From: Candidatus Hydrogenedentota bacterium
GTDB taxonomy: Bacteria > Hydrogenedentota > Hydrogenedentia > Hydrogenedentales > SLHB01
Direction of reading: 5' to 3'
Assembly: GCA_045863335.1 (NCBI GenBank)
Contig: BTVY01000028.1
Span: 1-64,000, forward strand
DNA: 64,000 nucleotides
Positions 48,173-58,070 of this stretch are shown in pieces. Made by a program: the position numbers and the translations under genes. Numbering within the stretch: the first letter of the stretch is position 1; the number at the start of each line of letters is the position of its first letter. Under the pieces are notes generated by a model. The model was not told the DNA's origin and ran no database searches. It saw only the letters and a program-made list of their open reading frames with translations.

Positions 48173-49146
48173 GCGATGGGCCGCGCAAACCGTCTGTCCT
48201 CGTAACCGGCGCAACGGGCTACCTCGGCGAAATTGTGATGCGGACCCTGGCGCGGCAGGCGGATCGCTTCGACGCGATTGTCGGCGTGGATATCCGCCGG
48301 CCAACCTACGCCGATCTAAAGGAAGACGTCACGTACCGCATCTGCGATGTGCGATCGACGGAGCTTCGAACCGTCCTGCGCGACTTCGGCATCACCTCCG
48401 TCGTCCATCTCGCCTCAATCGTGAATCCGAGTGCTGGCATGACGCGCGAGGAGCAATACACAATCGACGTGGGCGGCATGGAAAACGTGCTTGCGGGTTG
48501 TCTGGAATCCGGCGTAACGCATCTGATCGTGGCCAGCAGCGGCGCGGCTTACGGATATCACGCGGATAACCCGGTTCCATTGCGAGAAGACGATGCCTTG
48601 CGCGGCAATCCGGAATTCGCATACTCGGATCACAAGCGAATCGTGGAAGAGCTGCTGGCGCGGTATCGCCGCGAGCACGCTGAATTGCGACAACTCGTGC
48701 TACGGCCCGGGACGATCCTGGGGGAAGGCACGTCCAACCAGATCACGCGATTGTTTGAGGGGCGCTTCCTGCTCGGTCTGCGCGGGACCATAACGCCCTT
48801 CGTCTTTATTTGGGACCTGGATGTAGCCGATTGCATCGTACGTGGTGTGCTTGAAGCGAAGACCGGGATTTACAACCTTGCCGGGGACGGTACGTTGACG
48901 CTGCGCGAAATCGCCGCCATCACCGGACAACGCCAGATTGTGTTACCCGTTTCCGCGGTGAGAGCAGGGTTGCGCGTGTTACGGGCGATGCGACTCACCG
49001 CGTACGGGCCTGAGCAGGCGTCCTTCCTTCAGTATCGGCCCGTACTGAGTAATGAGAAGCTGAAGGCGGACTTTCCATTTACCCCCACGAAGACCAGTGA
49101 AGAAGTATTCCGGTACTGGTTCGACCACCGCCAGTCAGTAGAATGA
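48169..49146 (+). CDS. NAD-dependent epimerase/dehydratase (extended SDR)
   Basis: VTGATGYLG, VVHLA, SSGAAYG, YSDHK, LRP..ILG; ATGA overlap with the BASS gene. Confidence 0.88.
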   Translation: MSDGPRKPSVLVTGATGYLGEIVMRTLARQADRFDAIVGVDIRRPTYADLKEDVTYRICDVRSTELRTVLRDFGITSVVHLASIVNPSAGMTREEQYTIDVGGMENVLAGCLESGVTHLIVASSGAAYGYHADNPVPLREDDALRGNPEFAYSDHKRIVEELLARYRREHAELRQLVLRPGTILGEGTSNQITRLFEGRFLLGLRGTITPFVFIWDLDVADCIVRGVLEAKTGIYNLAGDGTLTLREIAAITGQRQIVLPVSAVRAGLRVLRAMRLTAYGPEQASFLQYRPVLSNEKLKADFPFTPTKTSEEVFRYWFDHRQSVE

Positions 49147-49161
49147 TCGGACTGCGAGACC

Positions 49162-50160
49162 CTATTCGTGCAGACCGCGTTGCCGTAGCAACGGAAGCAG
49201 GACGTCCAGGTGATCGGTCTGGATGTAATCGGCTCCCGCTTCGATGGCGCGCACCATGCTTTCCGCGTCATCCTCGTCGCCCATGGTGTTCACGAAAGCC
49301 TTGCGTCCGCCGAGATGGATCGCGCGCACCAATTCCTCGGAGAAGTACTTCCAGTCGATGTTGACGATAGGCGGATTCAATTCTGTGATCACTTCCTTGA
49401 GACCGGGCAGTCCTTTCGGGGCGGTCGGCCGGATGATGAATCCCGCATCCAGCGCCAATACGGCCTTCAGCTTCTCCCAGTCGCCGCAGTACAAGGTCAC
49501 TTTGCCCAGCAACCCGGCGTCGCGCACCGCGTCAACCAGTTTCTCCGGATCGCCCGCCTTAAAATCAATGTCCGGCAAGGCGCGCCCTTCGATGGCCGCC
49601 AGAGCCTCCTGAAACGTTGGGACTTTCTCTCCCTTGTACTCATCGCCAAACCAGGACCCCGCGTCCAGCGCCTTGATTTGTTCGAGCGTGAGCCCTGCTA
49701 CGTCGCCTCGCGCGTCTGTCGTTCGCGCGACGGACTGATCGTGCACGATTACGAGATGGCCGTCGCTCGTCTGACGCACGTCCATTTCCAAAAGGTCTGC
49801 GCCAAGCTCGATGGCGCTTTCGAACGCCGCGATGGTGTTTTCCGGAGCGAACTTCACGGTGCCTCGATGCCCCACCGTCACGATCCCGGGGAACGAATAG
49901 ACGACTTCGCCGCCTTTTCTAAGTTCCACCACACGAGCCGCGCGGGCGTCGATGACCGCCTCGACTGCCAAACCGCGATCGACACCCGCGACCGCATAGA
50001 AGGGAATACCGTTTTGAATCGTCAGGCGGGTCTGCGCGTTCTCGAGTTTCACGTCATGGAACGCCACCAACTGGACGGCCTCGTTGGCCGTGATTGGGTC
50101 AAGTCCCCACGAGACGGCGACAAGGAAAGCCAAGGCAAAGGAAAAACGAAGGGTGTTCAT
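49162..50160 (-). CDS. Glycerophosphodiester phosphodiesterase
   Basis: Signal peptide; GHRG...APENT.AAF, E.DV..T.DG.LV.HD...RTT, TD. Confidence 0.9.
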   Translation of the reverse strand: MNTLRFSFALAFLVAVSWGLDPITANEAVQLVAFHDVKLENAQTRLTIQNGIPFYAVAGVDRGLAVEAVIDARAARVVELRKGGEVVYSFPGIVTVGHRGTVKFAPENTIAAFESAIELGADLLEMDVRQTSDGHLVIVHDQSVARTTDARGDVAGLTLEQIKALDAGSWFGDEYKGEKVPTFQEALAAIEGRALPDIDFKAGDPEKLVDAVRDAGLLGKVTLYCGDWEKLKAVLALDAGFIIRPTAPKGLPGLKEVITELNPPIVNIDWKYFSEELVRAIHLGGRKAFVNTMGDEDDAESMVRAIEAGADYIQTDHLDVLLPLLRQRGLHE

Positions 50161-50253
50161 TGCGCGATTGCTCCTGACGGACAAGTAGTCAAAGAGTAGT
50201 GAACGAGGCGCCCCCATGCAAACCCGCAAGCGGCAGAGAAAAAAGGGCAATGG

Positions 50254-50317
50254 TGTAGGGGCCCCCGTCCGGGGCGGAGTTTCGGTCGGATTGAGAGGAC
50301 GGTCAGGGGTCCCTACA
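50254..50317. repeat. GTAG-type REP palindrome
   Basis: TGTAGGGGCCCC...GGGGTCCCTACA. Confidence 0.6.
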
Positions 50318-50493
50318 ACAACGGCCTCATCGCTCCGGGCTACGGAGACCCTGCACCCGGCACGTTAGCAGGTTATTAGCATCTGTTGCTGGACTCGGTT
50401 AGACGTAATGAACCCGGCAGTCGTTTTTCGGTATACTCATTAATTGTATGCCGGGAGGCCGGCAATCATGGCGAACATGAATGGAGATATGAA

Positions 50494-51843
50494 ATGTTGC
50501 GGTTCTTTCTAAGTTTCTGCCTTGCAGTTGGTTTTGTTGGTGCTGGATTCGCTCAGGATGCTTCTGGCGATGGGCCCGTGGCAAAGAACGTAATCGTCAT
50601 GGTCGCGGACGGGTGGGGATTCAACCACGTGCTGGCCACCGACTACTACGTGCACGGTGAAGCGGGTTCACAGGTCTATGAGAAGGACTTCACGGGCTAC
50701 GGATTGGACACGCACTCGCTGAAGGTACGGCCATACGACCCGGAAAAGGCCTGGGCCGATTTCGGCTGGGTGGCGGAACAGGCCACGGATTCGGCAGCGG
50801 CAGCGACCGCCATGTCCACCGGCGTCAAGACGCTCAATGGCGCCATCGGTGTCGATGAGAACAGTGAACCCTTGGAACACGCGGTTGATCGCGCGGAGAA
50901 GCTGGGCAAATCCACCGGCGTCATCACGTCCGTCCTGCTCAGCCACGCGACACCGGCCGGGTTTTCCGCCCACGATCGCAGCCGCGGAAACTATGAAGTC
51001 ATTTCCAAGGAGATGATCGAGGAAAGCGGCCTGGAAGTGATCATGGGCTGCGGCCATCCGGACTACGACAAGAACGGCGAGGCGTTGCCGGCGGACGCCG
51101 AAAAGTCTTACAAGTATGTAGGCGGCGAGGACACGTGGAAACGCATCGTTGACGGCGAAGCCGGTGGTGACTGCGATGGCGACGGCGAAACCGATCCGTG
51201 GACACTCATCCAATCGCGCAACGCCTTCCAGGCGCTTACCGAAGGCGACACGCCAAAACGTGCGATTGGCGTCGTGCCCGTGCAAACATCTCTCCAGGTG
51301 GAGCGGCATATGGACAAGCTCACTGCCGACGACGCGCCCGGCAAAGTACCCTATCTGGAAACATCCCCCACGCTCGCCGAGATGGCGTTGGGCGCGATCA
51401 ATGTGCTGGACAACGATCCCGACGGGTTCTACCTGATGATCGAAGGTGGCGCGGTGGACTGGGCCAGTCATGAGAACTATGCGCCGCGGATGATTGAGGA
51501 GATGATTTCTTACAACGAGGCAATTGAGGCTGTCGTATCTTGGGTTGAGAAGAACAGTAGCTGGGATGAAACGCTCGTTATCGTTACCGGCGATCACGAA
51601 TGCGGGTACCTCTGCGGCCCGGGTTCCGATCCGGAGTGGAAGCCCCTCGTGAACAACGGCAAGGGCAACATGCCCGGTGTGGAGTGGCACAAGGGCAGTC
51701 ACACGAACAGCCTGCTTCCGCTTTATGTCAAAGGAGCTGGTGCGGAGTTGTTTGAGTCACACGTCGTTGGTACCGATCCCATACGCGGCAAATACGTGGA
51801 CAACACGGCCGTCGCAAAAGTGCCGTTCGCGGTAATGCGCTAA
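50494..51843 (+). CDS. Alkaline phosphatase (PhoA family)
   Basis: Signal peptide; NVIVMVADG, TDSAAAATAMSTGVKT, HATPA, IEGGAVDWASHEN, TGDHE. Confidence 0.92.
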   Translation: MLRFFLSFCLAVGFVGAGFAQDASGDGPVAKNVIVMVADGWGFNHVLATDYYVHGEAGSQVYEKDFTGYGLDTHSLKVRPYDPEKAWADFGWVAEQATDSAAAATAMSTGVKTLNGAIGVDENSEPLEHAVDRAEKLGKSTGVITSVLLSHATPAGFSAHDRSRGNYEVISKEMIEESGLEVIMGCGHPDYDKNGEALPADAEKSYKYVGGEDTWKRIVDGEAGGDCDGDGETDPWTLIQSRNAFQALTEGDTPKRAIGVVPVQTSLQVERHMDKLTADDAPGKVPYLETSPTLAEMALGAINVLDNDPDGFYLMIEGGAVDWASHENYAPRMIEEMISYNEAIEAVVSWVEKNSSWDETLVIVTGDHECGYLCGPGSDPEWKPLVNNGKGNMPGVEWHKGSHTNSLLPLYVKGAGAELFESHVVGTDPIRGKYVDNTAVAKVPFAVMR

Positions 51844-51847
51844 ACAC

Positions 51848-51890
51848 AACATCCCCCGCCACACCCTTCGCGTGGCGGGGGATGTTCTTT
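51848..51890. terminator. Bidirectional terminator between convergent genes
   Basis: AACATCCCCCGCCAC-loop-GTGGCGGGGGATGTT-CTTT. Confidence 0.75.
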
Positions 51891-51892
51891 CC

Positions 51893-53275
51893 TTACGCGA
51901 TCTGCCAGGGCGCGCGCATGGGGCGTTCGAGATAGCCGTTGGCAGCCTCGTCGTTCACGAAGCGCTCGATCTCCGGATCCCACTGTAGGCGGCGACCAGT
52001 CCAACGGGCGATGTTGCCGAGATGGCACATGGTCGCAGATCGATGGCCAATCTCCACGTCCGCAATAGGCAAATTCCGCGAACGAATGCAATCGAACCAG
52101 TTCTGCAAGTGATTCTCGCTGCGGTAGAGGTGCGTATACCCGTCCGAATCCGTGAATTCACCAGGGTACTCCGAGCGCACCGACTCCTTGAGCTTCACTT
52201 CATCGACTCTCGGTTTCGCGTCGTACTTGTCGCGGTCCACCAGAATCTTGCCGTCGTCGCCTTCAAAGACTCCGCCGCCGTCCGGGCCTTTGCCATCCAG
52301 ATGAACCACGGCGCCGCTTGCGTATCGAATGGACACCGGGCAGGTGAGCGTGCGCGCCTCCGGCCAGTCGCCAAAGGCATCGATCTCTTTCCCGAAGACG
52401 GAAACCGGGCCCGATTCGCCCTCTAGGTCAGCCCACACTTCGACCGGACCCGTCAAATCGGTGCCCATCGCCCACTGAATGATGTCGAGACCGTGCGCGC
52501 CCCATCCCGTCATCTCCCCGCCAGAATAGGGTGTATAGGAAATCCATCCATACGGCCGGCCATCGGGATACTTGTGTCCGTCGCCGCGCGGCTCGTACAA
52601 GTCCGGATGATATCCGCGCGGTTCGGTCTGACCGCACCACATGTCCCAGTCGATATACTCGGGCGGCTCCTCTTCGGGAAGGTCGCAGGCCCAGGGGCTC
52701 GGGTAATTGGCGCCATGAACCGTGTGGACGGCCCCAATTTGGCCGTTGCGGATCAGTTCGCACCCGAACCGGCACTTCGCCATGGAGCGCTGCTGCGACC
52801 CGCACTGGACAATACGCTCGTGCTTGCGCGCCGCATCGACCATCGCGCGGCCCTCGCGGACGGTCAGGGTCATCGGCTTCTCGACGTAGACATCCTTACC
52901 GGCTTCGCAAGCGTGAATGCTGTGAAGCGCATGCCAGTGATCGGGCGTCGCGATCACAACCGCGTCGATGTCCGGCTCCTGAAGCATTTCGCGATAGTCC
53001 TGAAAAATGCGGGCATCCTTGTTCTTCCCCTTCATCTCCTCCACGCGCTTCATGTTCACGTCAGCGTATGCGACGATCTGCCCCTCCTTCGGCAATCCCA
53101 TCAATTGATTCGCGCGGCGTCCCACGCCGATATACGCGACGTTGATGCGGTCGTTCGGCCCCGGCGCGCCGGACGCGAGGCCGCTCAGAATCAACGGCGC
53201 TGCAACGGCGCTCGATCCGATACGCGCGCTCGTGGAAAGAAACTGGCGGCGGGATATGGATTTGATGTCTTTCAT
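51893..53275 (-). CDS. Tat-exported Gfo/Idh/MocA oxidoreductase
   Basis: SRRQFL; IGVG, IATPDHWH, DVYVEKP, GSQQRS, WGAH.LD. Confidence 0.92.
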   Translation of the reverse strand: MKDIKSISRRQFLSTSARIGSSAVAAPLILSGLASGAPGPNDRINVAYIGVGRRANQLMGLPKEGQIVAYADVNMKRVEEMKGKNKDARIFQDYREMLQEPDIDAVVIATPDHWHALHSIHACEAGKDVYVEKPMTLTVREGRAMVDAARKHERIVQCGSQQRSMAKCRFGCELIRNGQIGAVHTVHGANYPSPWACDLPEEEPPEYIDWDMWCGQTEPRGYHPDLYEPRGDGHKYPDGRPYGWISYTPYSGGEMTGWGAHGLDIIQWAMGTDLTGPVEVWADLEGESGPVSVFGKEIDAFGDWPEARTLTCPVSIRYASGAVVHLDGKGPDGGGVFEGDDGKILVDRDKYDAKPRVDEVKLKESVRSEYPGEFTDSDGYTHLYRSENHLQNWFDCIRSRNLPIADVEIGHRSATMCHLGNIARWTGRRLQWDPEIERFVNDEAANGYLERPMRAPWQIA

Positions 53276-53346
53276 GGCGGATTCCTCTCGAAAGCTGATA
53301 CTCCGTACCGCGTCAGTATCGCATGCATCCGTTCAAGAGAACAAAA

Positions 53347-53421
53347 CAGGCGTCCCGCCCTCTCTCTAGCGTGACGGTATTCCGTCTTGCTTCAAGACTG
53401 CAGGCGGGACGCCTGCGCTAC
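53347..53421. repeat. REP pair (GGCGGGACGCC type)
   Basis: CAGGCGTCCCGCCC ... GCAGGCGGGACGCCTGCGCTAC. Confidence 0.65.
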
Positions 53422-53451
53422 TAACTGGTGTCTGGGCTCGCCAGGCTTCCG

Positions 53452-54552
53452 TCAATTAGCTTTACGGCCGGCGACGCCCTTCGTCGACTTCGTGATCTTT
53501 TTCGCCGCTTCCTTTGGTCGCAGTGCGCGCGTTGCTGCGCCGGCGCGCCACATCTCGCTGTTGCCGATCTCGCCAAGTTCCTTGGCCAACTGCTTCTGGT
53601 AATCCTTCTTACCGCAGGACTGCAGCACGCGCGCCGTTTCCTTGCCGGTCTTCACCCGCGTGTAGAGTTCCTCGAACAGAGGTAGAACTGCCTTCTTGAA
53701 CTTCGGCTTCCAGTCGAGCGCGCCGCGCTGCGCCGTAGCGGAGCAGTTCGCGTACATCCAGTCCATGCCGTTCTCATCGACAAGACGAATAAGACTTTGC
53801 GTCAGCTCTTCAACGGTCTCGTTGAAGGCCTCGCTTGGGCTGTGACCGTGTTTGCGCAAGGTGTCATATTGCGCTTCCATGATTCCCGCCAGCGCGCCCA
53901 TCAGCACGCCGCGCTCGCCGGTGAGATCACTCCAGACTTCATGTTCAAACGTCGTCGGGAACAGATAGCCCGAACCAATGCCGATCCCGATCGCGATGCA
54001 ACGTTCGCGCGCGTGACCCGTCGCGTCCTGATGAACGGCGAAGCTTGAGTTGATGCCCGCGCCGGACAGGAAATTCCGGCGAACGGAAGTGCCCGAACCT
54101 TTCGGCGCGACCAGCAGCACATCGACGAAGTCCGGCGGAATCACCTTGGTCTGATCGCGGTACACGATGGAGAAGCCGTGCGAAAAGTACAGCGCGTCAC
54201 CGGGATTCAGATTCTTCTTGACGAGCGGCCACAGCGCCTTCTGCGCGGCATCGGACACCAGGTACTGCACAATTGTTGCCCGCTGCACCGCTTCCTCGAT
54301 GTCGAACAAGGTCTTGCCGGGTTTCCACCCGTCTTTCACCGCGCGATCCCAATCCCGCTTGAACGCCCTGGACTGGCCGATGATGACATTGAAACCGTTG
54401 TCACGCATGTTGAGCGACTGCGCCGGCCCCTGCACGCCATACCCGATGATCGCAATGGTTTCGTTCTTGAGAACGCGGCGCGCCTTCGCCAAGGAAAACT
54501 CCTTGCGCGTGATGACGTCTTCTTTGACTCCCCCGAAATCGACTTTTGCCAT
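53452..54552 (-). CDS. ilvC: Ketol-acid reductoisomerase
   Basis: IGYGVQG..Q.LN.RD.G, SHGF, APKGSG, SDLTGERGVL.G, SEAFNETVEE, CS.TAQRG. Confidence 0.95.
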   Translation of the reverse strand: MAKVDFGGVKEDVITRKEFSLAKARRVLKNETIAIIGYGVQGPAQSLNMRDNGFNVIIGQSRAFKRDWDRAVKDGWKPGKTLFDIEEAVQRATIVQYLVSDAAQKALWPLVKKNLNPGDALYFSHGFSIVYRDQTKVIPPDFVDVLLVAPKGSGTSVRRNFLSGAGINSSFAVHQDATGHARERCIAIGIGIGSGYLFPTTFEHEVWSDLTGERGVLMGALAGIMEAQYDTLRKHGHSPSEAFNETVEELTQSLIRLVDENGMDWMYANCSATAQRGALDWKPKFKKAVLPLFEELYTRVKTGKETARVLQSCGKKDYQKQLAKELGEIGNSEMWRAGAATRALRPKEAAKKITKSTKGVAGRKAN

Positions 54553-55018
54553 GATGCTTCCCCCTGTATTCGATGGAGGTGGCCGCCGCGGCGTTCACTC
54601 AAACCTGACGTATCGTCGCACAACGCGCGCCACCGTTTCCCCCGGTTAGACTACCTCGATATGGTATCTAAGTTACCCGTTTGGCGCAACTTGCACACCT
54701 TGTCGCCCAGCGCTTGGCCCACCTGCGCCGTATTCCCGCGGACCGCAACCGCTGGGTCGTTAAAACATCTGGACAAATTAGGGGGTTTGGGATAGACTGC
54801 AACCCGCAAGGCTGGTAAGGCAGGAACGGTAGACAGGGGTTATATTACCGCGAGATTCGTCCTCCTCTAGACGTTTCAGGGCGGTTTCGTAATACTCCAA
54901 ACTCTAAGCGGTATTCGCGTTCGCGAGACCCCTCCCTCGGAAAACTCCACCGGCGCCGGCAAAGTACTCATTGATCCTGATGTAGCATTGTGTAGTACAA
55001 CTCGCAGGAGGGGCATTC

Positions 55019-56029
55019 ATGAAGTTGCGTTATCGTTCCGGGTTCACGTTGATCGAACTGTTGGTGGTCATTGCCATTATCGGCATCTTGGCCGCGATCC
55101 TACTCCCAGCCTTGGCTCGGGCGCGGGAAGCCGCCCGCAGGGCCAGTTGCCAGAACAACCTGAAGCAGATGGGTATCGTGTTCAAAATGTACGCGAACGA
55201 AGCGCGGGGAGGTGACTTCCCACCGCTCTACGCCGACTATCAGGCAGACGCATACGACTGCGACGCGTTTACGGATAGCGCATCGGTCGAGGGCGCCGTG
55301 CCGGTCGGCACGGTGGATGTCTACGAACCCATGCCCGATCCCAGGGCCATCTATCCCGAATATCTCACCGATCCTGCCATCATGGTGTGCCCGTCCGATG
55401 CCACATTGACAACAGAAGCGTGGACTTCAAGCGGCGGAGCCAGCTATTTCCACAAGGTCTGCGACGGGACCGACGATCAGGGCAGCCGTGCTGGCCAAGA
55501 CAGTTATTTGTACTTCGGACACATATTCGACAAGTGCGATGGCGATGACACGCCCATCGACGGCGCGTCGATCGGTTTCCCCGCTGGTACAGGCAACATC
55601 TGCCTGCAGTCTGTCCTTTGGGATGTCGCAGCGCGCACCCTCAATGGCTGGCCGAGCGAAGCCACGGCAGATGCAATTCTAGGAGACATCGACATCGAAG
55701 ACGCCGCTGGGGCGCTCAGTATTCCGGCCGGTAATTACGGAAATGGAGGCACGAATACGCTCTTCCGGTACCGTGAAGGCGTTGAGCGCTTCATGATTAC
55801 CGATATCAACAACCCGGCCGGCAGTTCGATGGCCCAGTCCGAGATCTGGATCTATTTCGACACCGTGACCACGACCGTCAGCATCAGCCGCGTTGATTTC
55901 AACCACATTCCCGGTGGATCCAATGTCCTCTATATGGATGGTCACGTCGAATTCATGCGGTATGACGAAGGTGGTGATGCCCCCTGCAACGGGAACTCCG
56001 CGCGCGGCATCGCCGTTTCTATCGGCTAA
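55019..56029 (+). CDS. Prepilin-type N-terminal cleavage/methylation protein (DUF1559-like, H-X9-DG motif)
   Basis: G|[42 protein letters not shown]; C-terminal [16 protein letters not shown]. Confidence 0.92.
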   Translation: MKLRYRSGFTLIELLVVIAIIGILAAILLPALARAREAARRASCQNNLKQMGIVFKMYANEARGGDFPPLYADYQADAYDCDAFTDSASVEGAVPVGTVDVYEPMPDPRAIYPEYLTDPAIMVCPSDATLTTEAWTSSGGASYFHKVCDGTDDQGSRAGQDSYLYFGHIFDKCDGDDTPIDGASIGFPAGTGNICLQSVLWDVAARTLNGWPSEATADAILGDIDIEDAAGALSIPAGNYGNGGTNTLFRYREGVERFMITDINNPAGSSMAQSEIWIYFDTVTTTVSISRVDFNHIPGGSNVLYMDGHVEFMRYDEGGDAPCNGNSARGIAVSIG

Positions 56030-56053
56030 CCACACACAGTGTTCCAGGTAGTC

Positions 56054-56082
56054 AGGGGCCCCGCCAGCATGGCGGGGCCCCT
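56054..56082. terminator. Hairpin terminator
   Basis: AGGGGCCCCGCCA-GCA-TGGCGGGGCCCCT. Confidence 0.65.
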
Positions 56083-56299
56083 CATCTTCCGGCGCCGTCT
56101 ACTCTTGGCGTTGCCCTGAATCCCCCTTTGAGCTTTGAACGGGGATTTGGCGGAATGTCCCTCAGATACTCAAAAGGTCATTGGACGAGTTTCGAATTCG
56201 GTAGGCTACCCAATGGTTTGAAAGTTAGCCAGATGCTGTGCTCGTATTTCGTGCGGAGCGTCGGTTTGCAACTTAGTGCTACCTTGGCTCGCCCGGAGT

Positions 56300-57196
56300 T
56301 CACGGACTGACTAAGGTCCGAAGTGCTCCTTCGAGTTCAGGCAAGTCAAACACGTACCCAGAATCCACCAAGCGTTTCGGGTAGACGCGCGTGCTTGCCA
56401 GAAGCGCCTCGTCCGCGAACTCGCCTGACACCAGGCGCATGGCAAACGCCGGGGCCCGCATGATGGTCGGCCGCGACACAACATGTCCGAGCGCCTTCGT
56501 AAATTCACGATTGGTGACCGGGTTGGGTGACACAATATTGACCGGTCCCGCGAGGTTCTCGTCGTCCAGGATGTAGTTCACCCCTCCGACAACGTCCTGT
56601 ATCGCCACCCAACTCATGTATTGATCCCCCGAGCCGACCACGCCTCCCAAGCCGAGTTTGAATTGCTTCACCAGCATGGGCAGCATGCCGCCTTCTGAAC
56701 TCATCACCAGCCCAAACCGCAAATTGACGACGCGGATCCCGCGCTCCCGCGCCGGCCCGGTTTCCGCCTCCCAATCCTCGCAGAGCTGACTGAAAAAGCC
56801 GTCACCGGGTCTGCTGTCCTCATCACAAATCTCGTCGCCGCGACCGCCATAGATCCCGATGGCGGAAGCGCACAGCCACGTCTTCGGGGGGTTCTCCATT
56901 GAGCACAATCGCTCGCACAGGAACCGCGTTGTCTTGATGCGGCTATCCCGAATCGCCCGCTTCTTTTTCTCGGTCCACCGAATGCTGAAGATGTTCTCGC
57001 CGGAGAGGTGGATCAGTGTATCCACGCCGTCGAAGGCGCCGGACTGCAACTCCCCCTCGTACGGTTTCCACCTCGCCTCATCTTCATTCTTAGGCTCCGA
57101 ACGCACGAGCCGTATAACGCGATGGCATCTTCCACTGAGGTCGTCCACAAGTGCTGAACCGAGAAATCCGGAGGCCCCGCTGATAAGGATTCTCAT
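56300..57196 (-). CDS. TIGR01777-family epimerase (YfcH-like)
   Basis: ISGASGFLG, HLSGENI..RWT..KK..I.DSR, SAIG.YG, WE, GSG.Q..SW, GPVN.VSP.PVTN.EF. Confidence 0.9.
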   Translation of the reverse strand: MRILISGASGFLGSALVDDLSGRCHRVIRLVRSEPKNEDEARWKPYEGELQSGAFDGVDTLIHLSGENIFSIRWTEKKKRAIRDSRIKTTRFLCERLCSMENPPKTWLCASAIGIYGGRGDEICDEDSRPGDGFFSQLCEDWEAETGPARERGIRVVNLRFGLVMSSEGGMLPMLVKQFKLGLGGVVGSGDQYMSWVAIQDVVGGVNYILDDENLAGPVNIVSPNPVTNREFTKALGHVVSRPTIMRAPAFAMRLVSGEFADEALLASTRVYPKRLVDSGYVFDLPELEGALRTLVSP

Positions 57197-57429
57197 GGCA
57201 AGTACCGTCTCCACGGGTGTTGTGATGAAATTGTCGTCTCGTTGCAATGATAAACATCGGAAAGCATGGTTGAATTCACGGATGCAGCGATTACCAGTTC
57301 ACGCGGATTATTTATGAAGAAGTGTGTCAGTCGCTTGAAGACAACGCTAATCCGCGACGCCTCAATTCGGCCGCAAGACATTTCGTACCAGCGCGTTATC
57401 CAGACAATCAGGCAGAGATGGATTTTTTT

Positions 57430-57474
57430 GTTTGACATCAAACGATTTTGCATGATACAATTTGGACGTCAACA
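57430..57474 (+). promoter_or_regulatory. marR promoter with overlapping palindromic operators
   Basis: TTGACA (57432-57437) and TGnTACAAT; palindrome GTTTGA-CA-TCAAAC over the -35 and a related TTTGGACGTCAAC after the -10. Confidence 0.65.
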
Positions 57475-57489
57475 CAAGAAAGGAAGCCA

Positions 57490-57987
57490 ATGCCGCTCGA
57501 CCGCGAATTGAATCTCGAGGCCCCCTTCAAGGACGTCTGCCACGAATCGGTCCTGAGTATCATCCGGACTGCCAGCGTGTTATCCAACGCCGGCGACCAC
57601 CTCTTCCGGCAGTTCGACTTGACGGAAGCACAGTTTAACGTCTTGTTCTCGCTGAAGTACAACCCGCACAACGTGACGCAAACCGACTTGGGCAAGCGCC
57701 TGGTGGTGACCCGGGCCAGCATCACGTCGGTGCTCGACAAGTTGGAAAGTAAAGGGCTCGTCGAACGCCGCGATGTCCCCAACAACCGGCGGAGTTATCA
57801 CGTGGTCTTGACCGGGAAGGGGCTCGCGCTGGTGGACGAAGTGGAACCATTGTACCGGGAGAATATCTACAAGGCCATGGAGGGCCTTGGCGAGAAGGAC
57901 TGCCGTCAGTTGATACGGCTCCTGGAGAAGATTCGCACGCAGGTTGGCGCGATTCAGGAAACGTTGTCCGGCGCGCGCTCCTCGTAG
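57490..57987 (+). CDS. MarR family transcriptional regulator
   Basis: DLTEAQFNVL..L, TQTDL...L.VTRASIT..LDKLE.KGLVER......RRSY.V.LT.KG; AAAGGA RBS. Confidence 0.92.
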   Translation: MPLDRELNLEAPFKDVCHESVLSIIRTASVLSNAGDHLFRQFDLTEAQFNVLFSLKYNPHNVTQTDLGKRLVVTRASITSVLDKLESKGLVERRDVPNNRRSYHVVLTGKGLALVDEVEPLYRENIYKAMEGLGEKDCRQLIRLLEKIRTQVGAIQETLSGARSS

Positions 57988-58070
57988 CGGCTGAACACTG
58001 CAAGGTACTATACTGAAGGGATGAAGGCGAAGGTCCTACGGTGCGGTAGGCCTTAACAGAGGGTTTCCTC

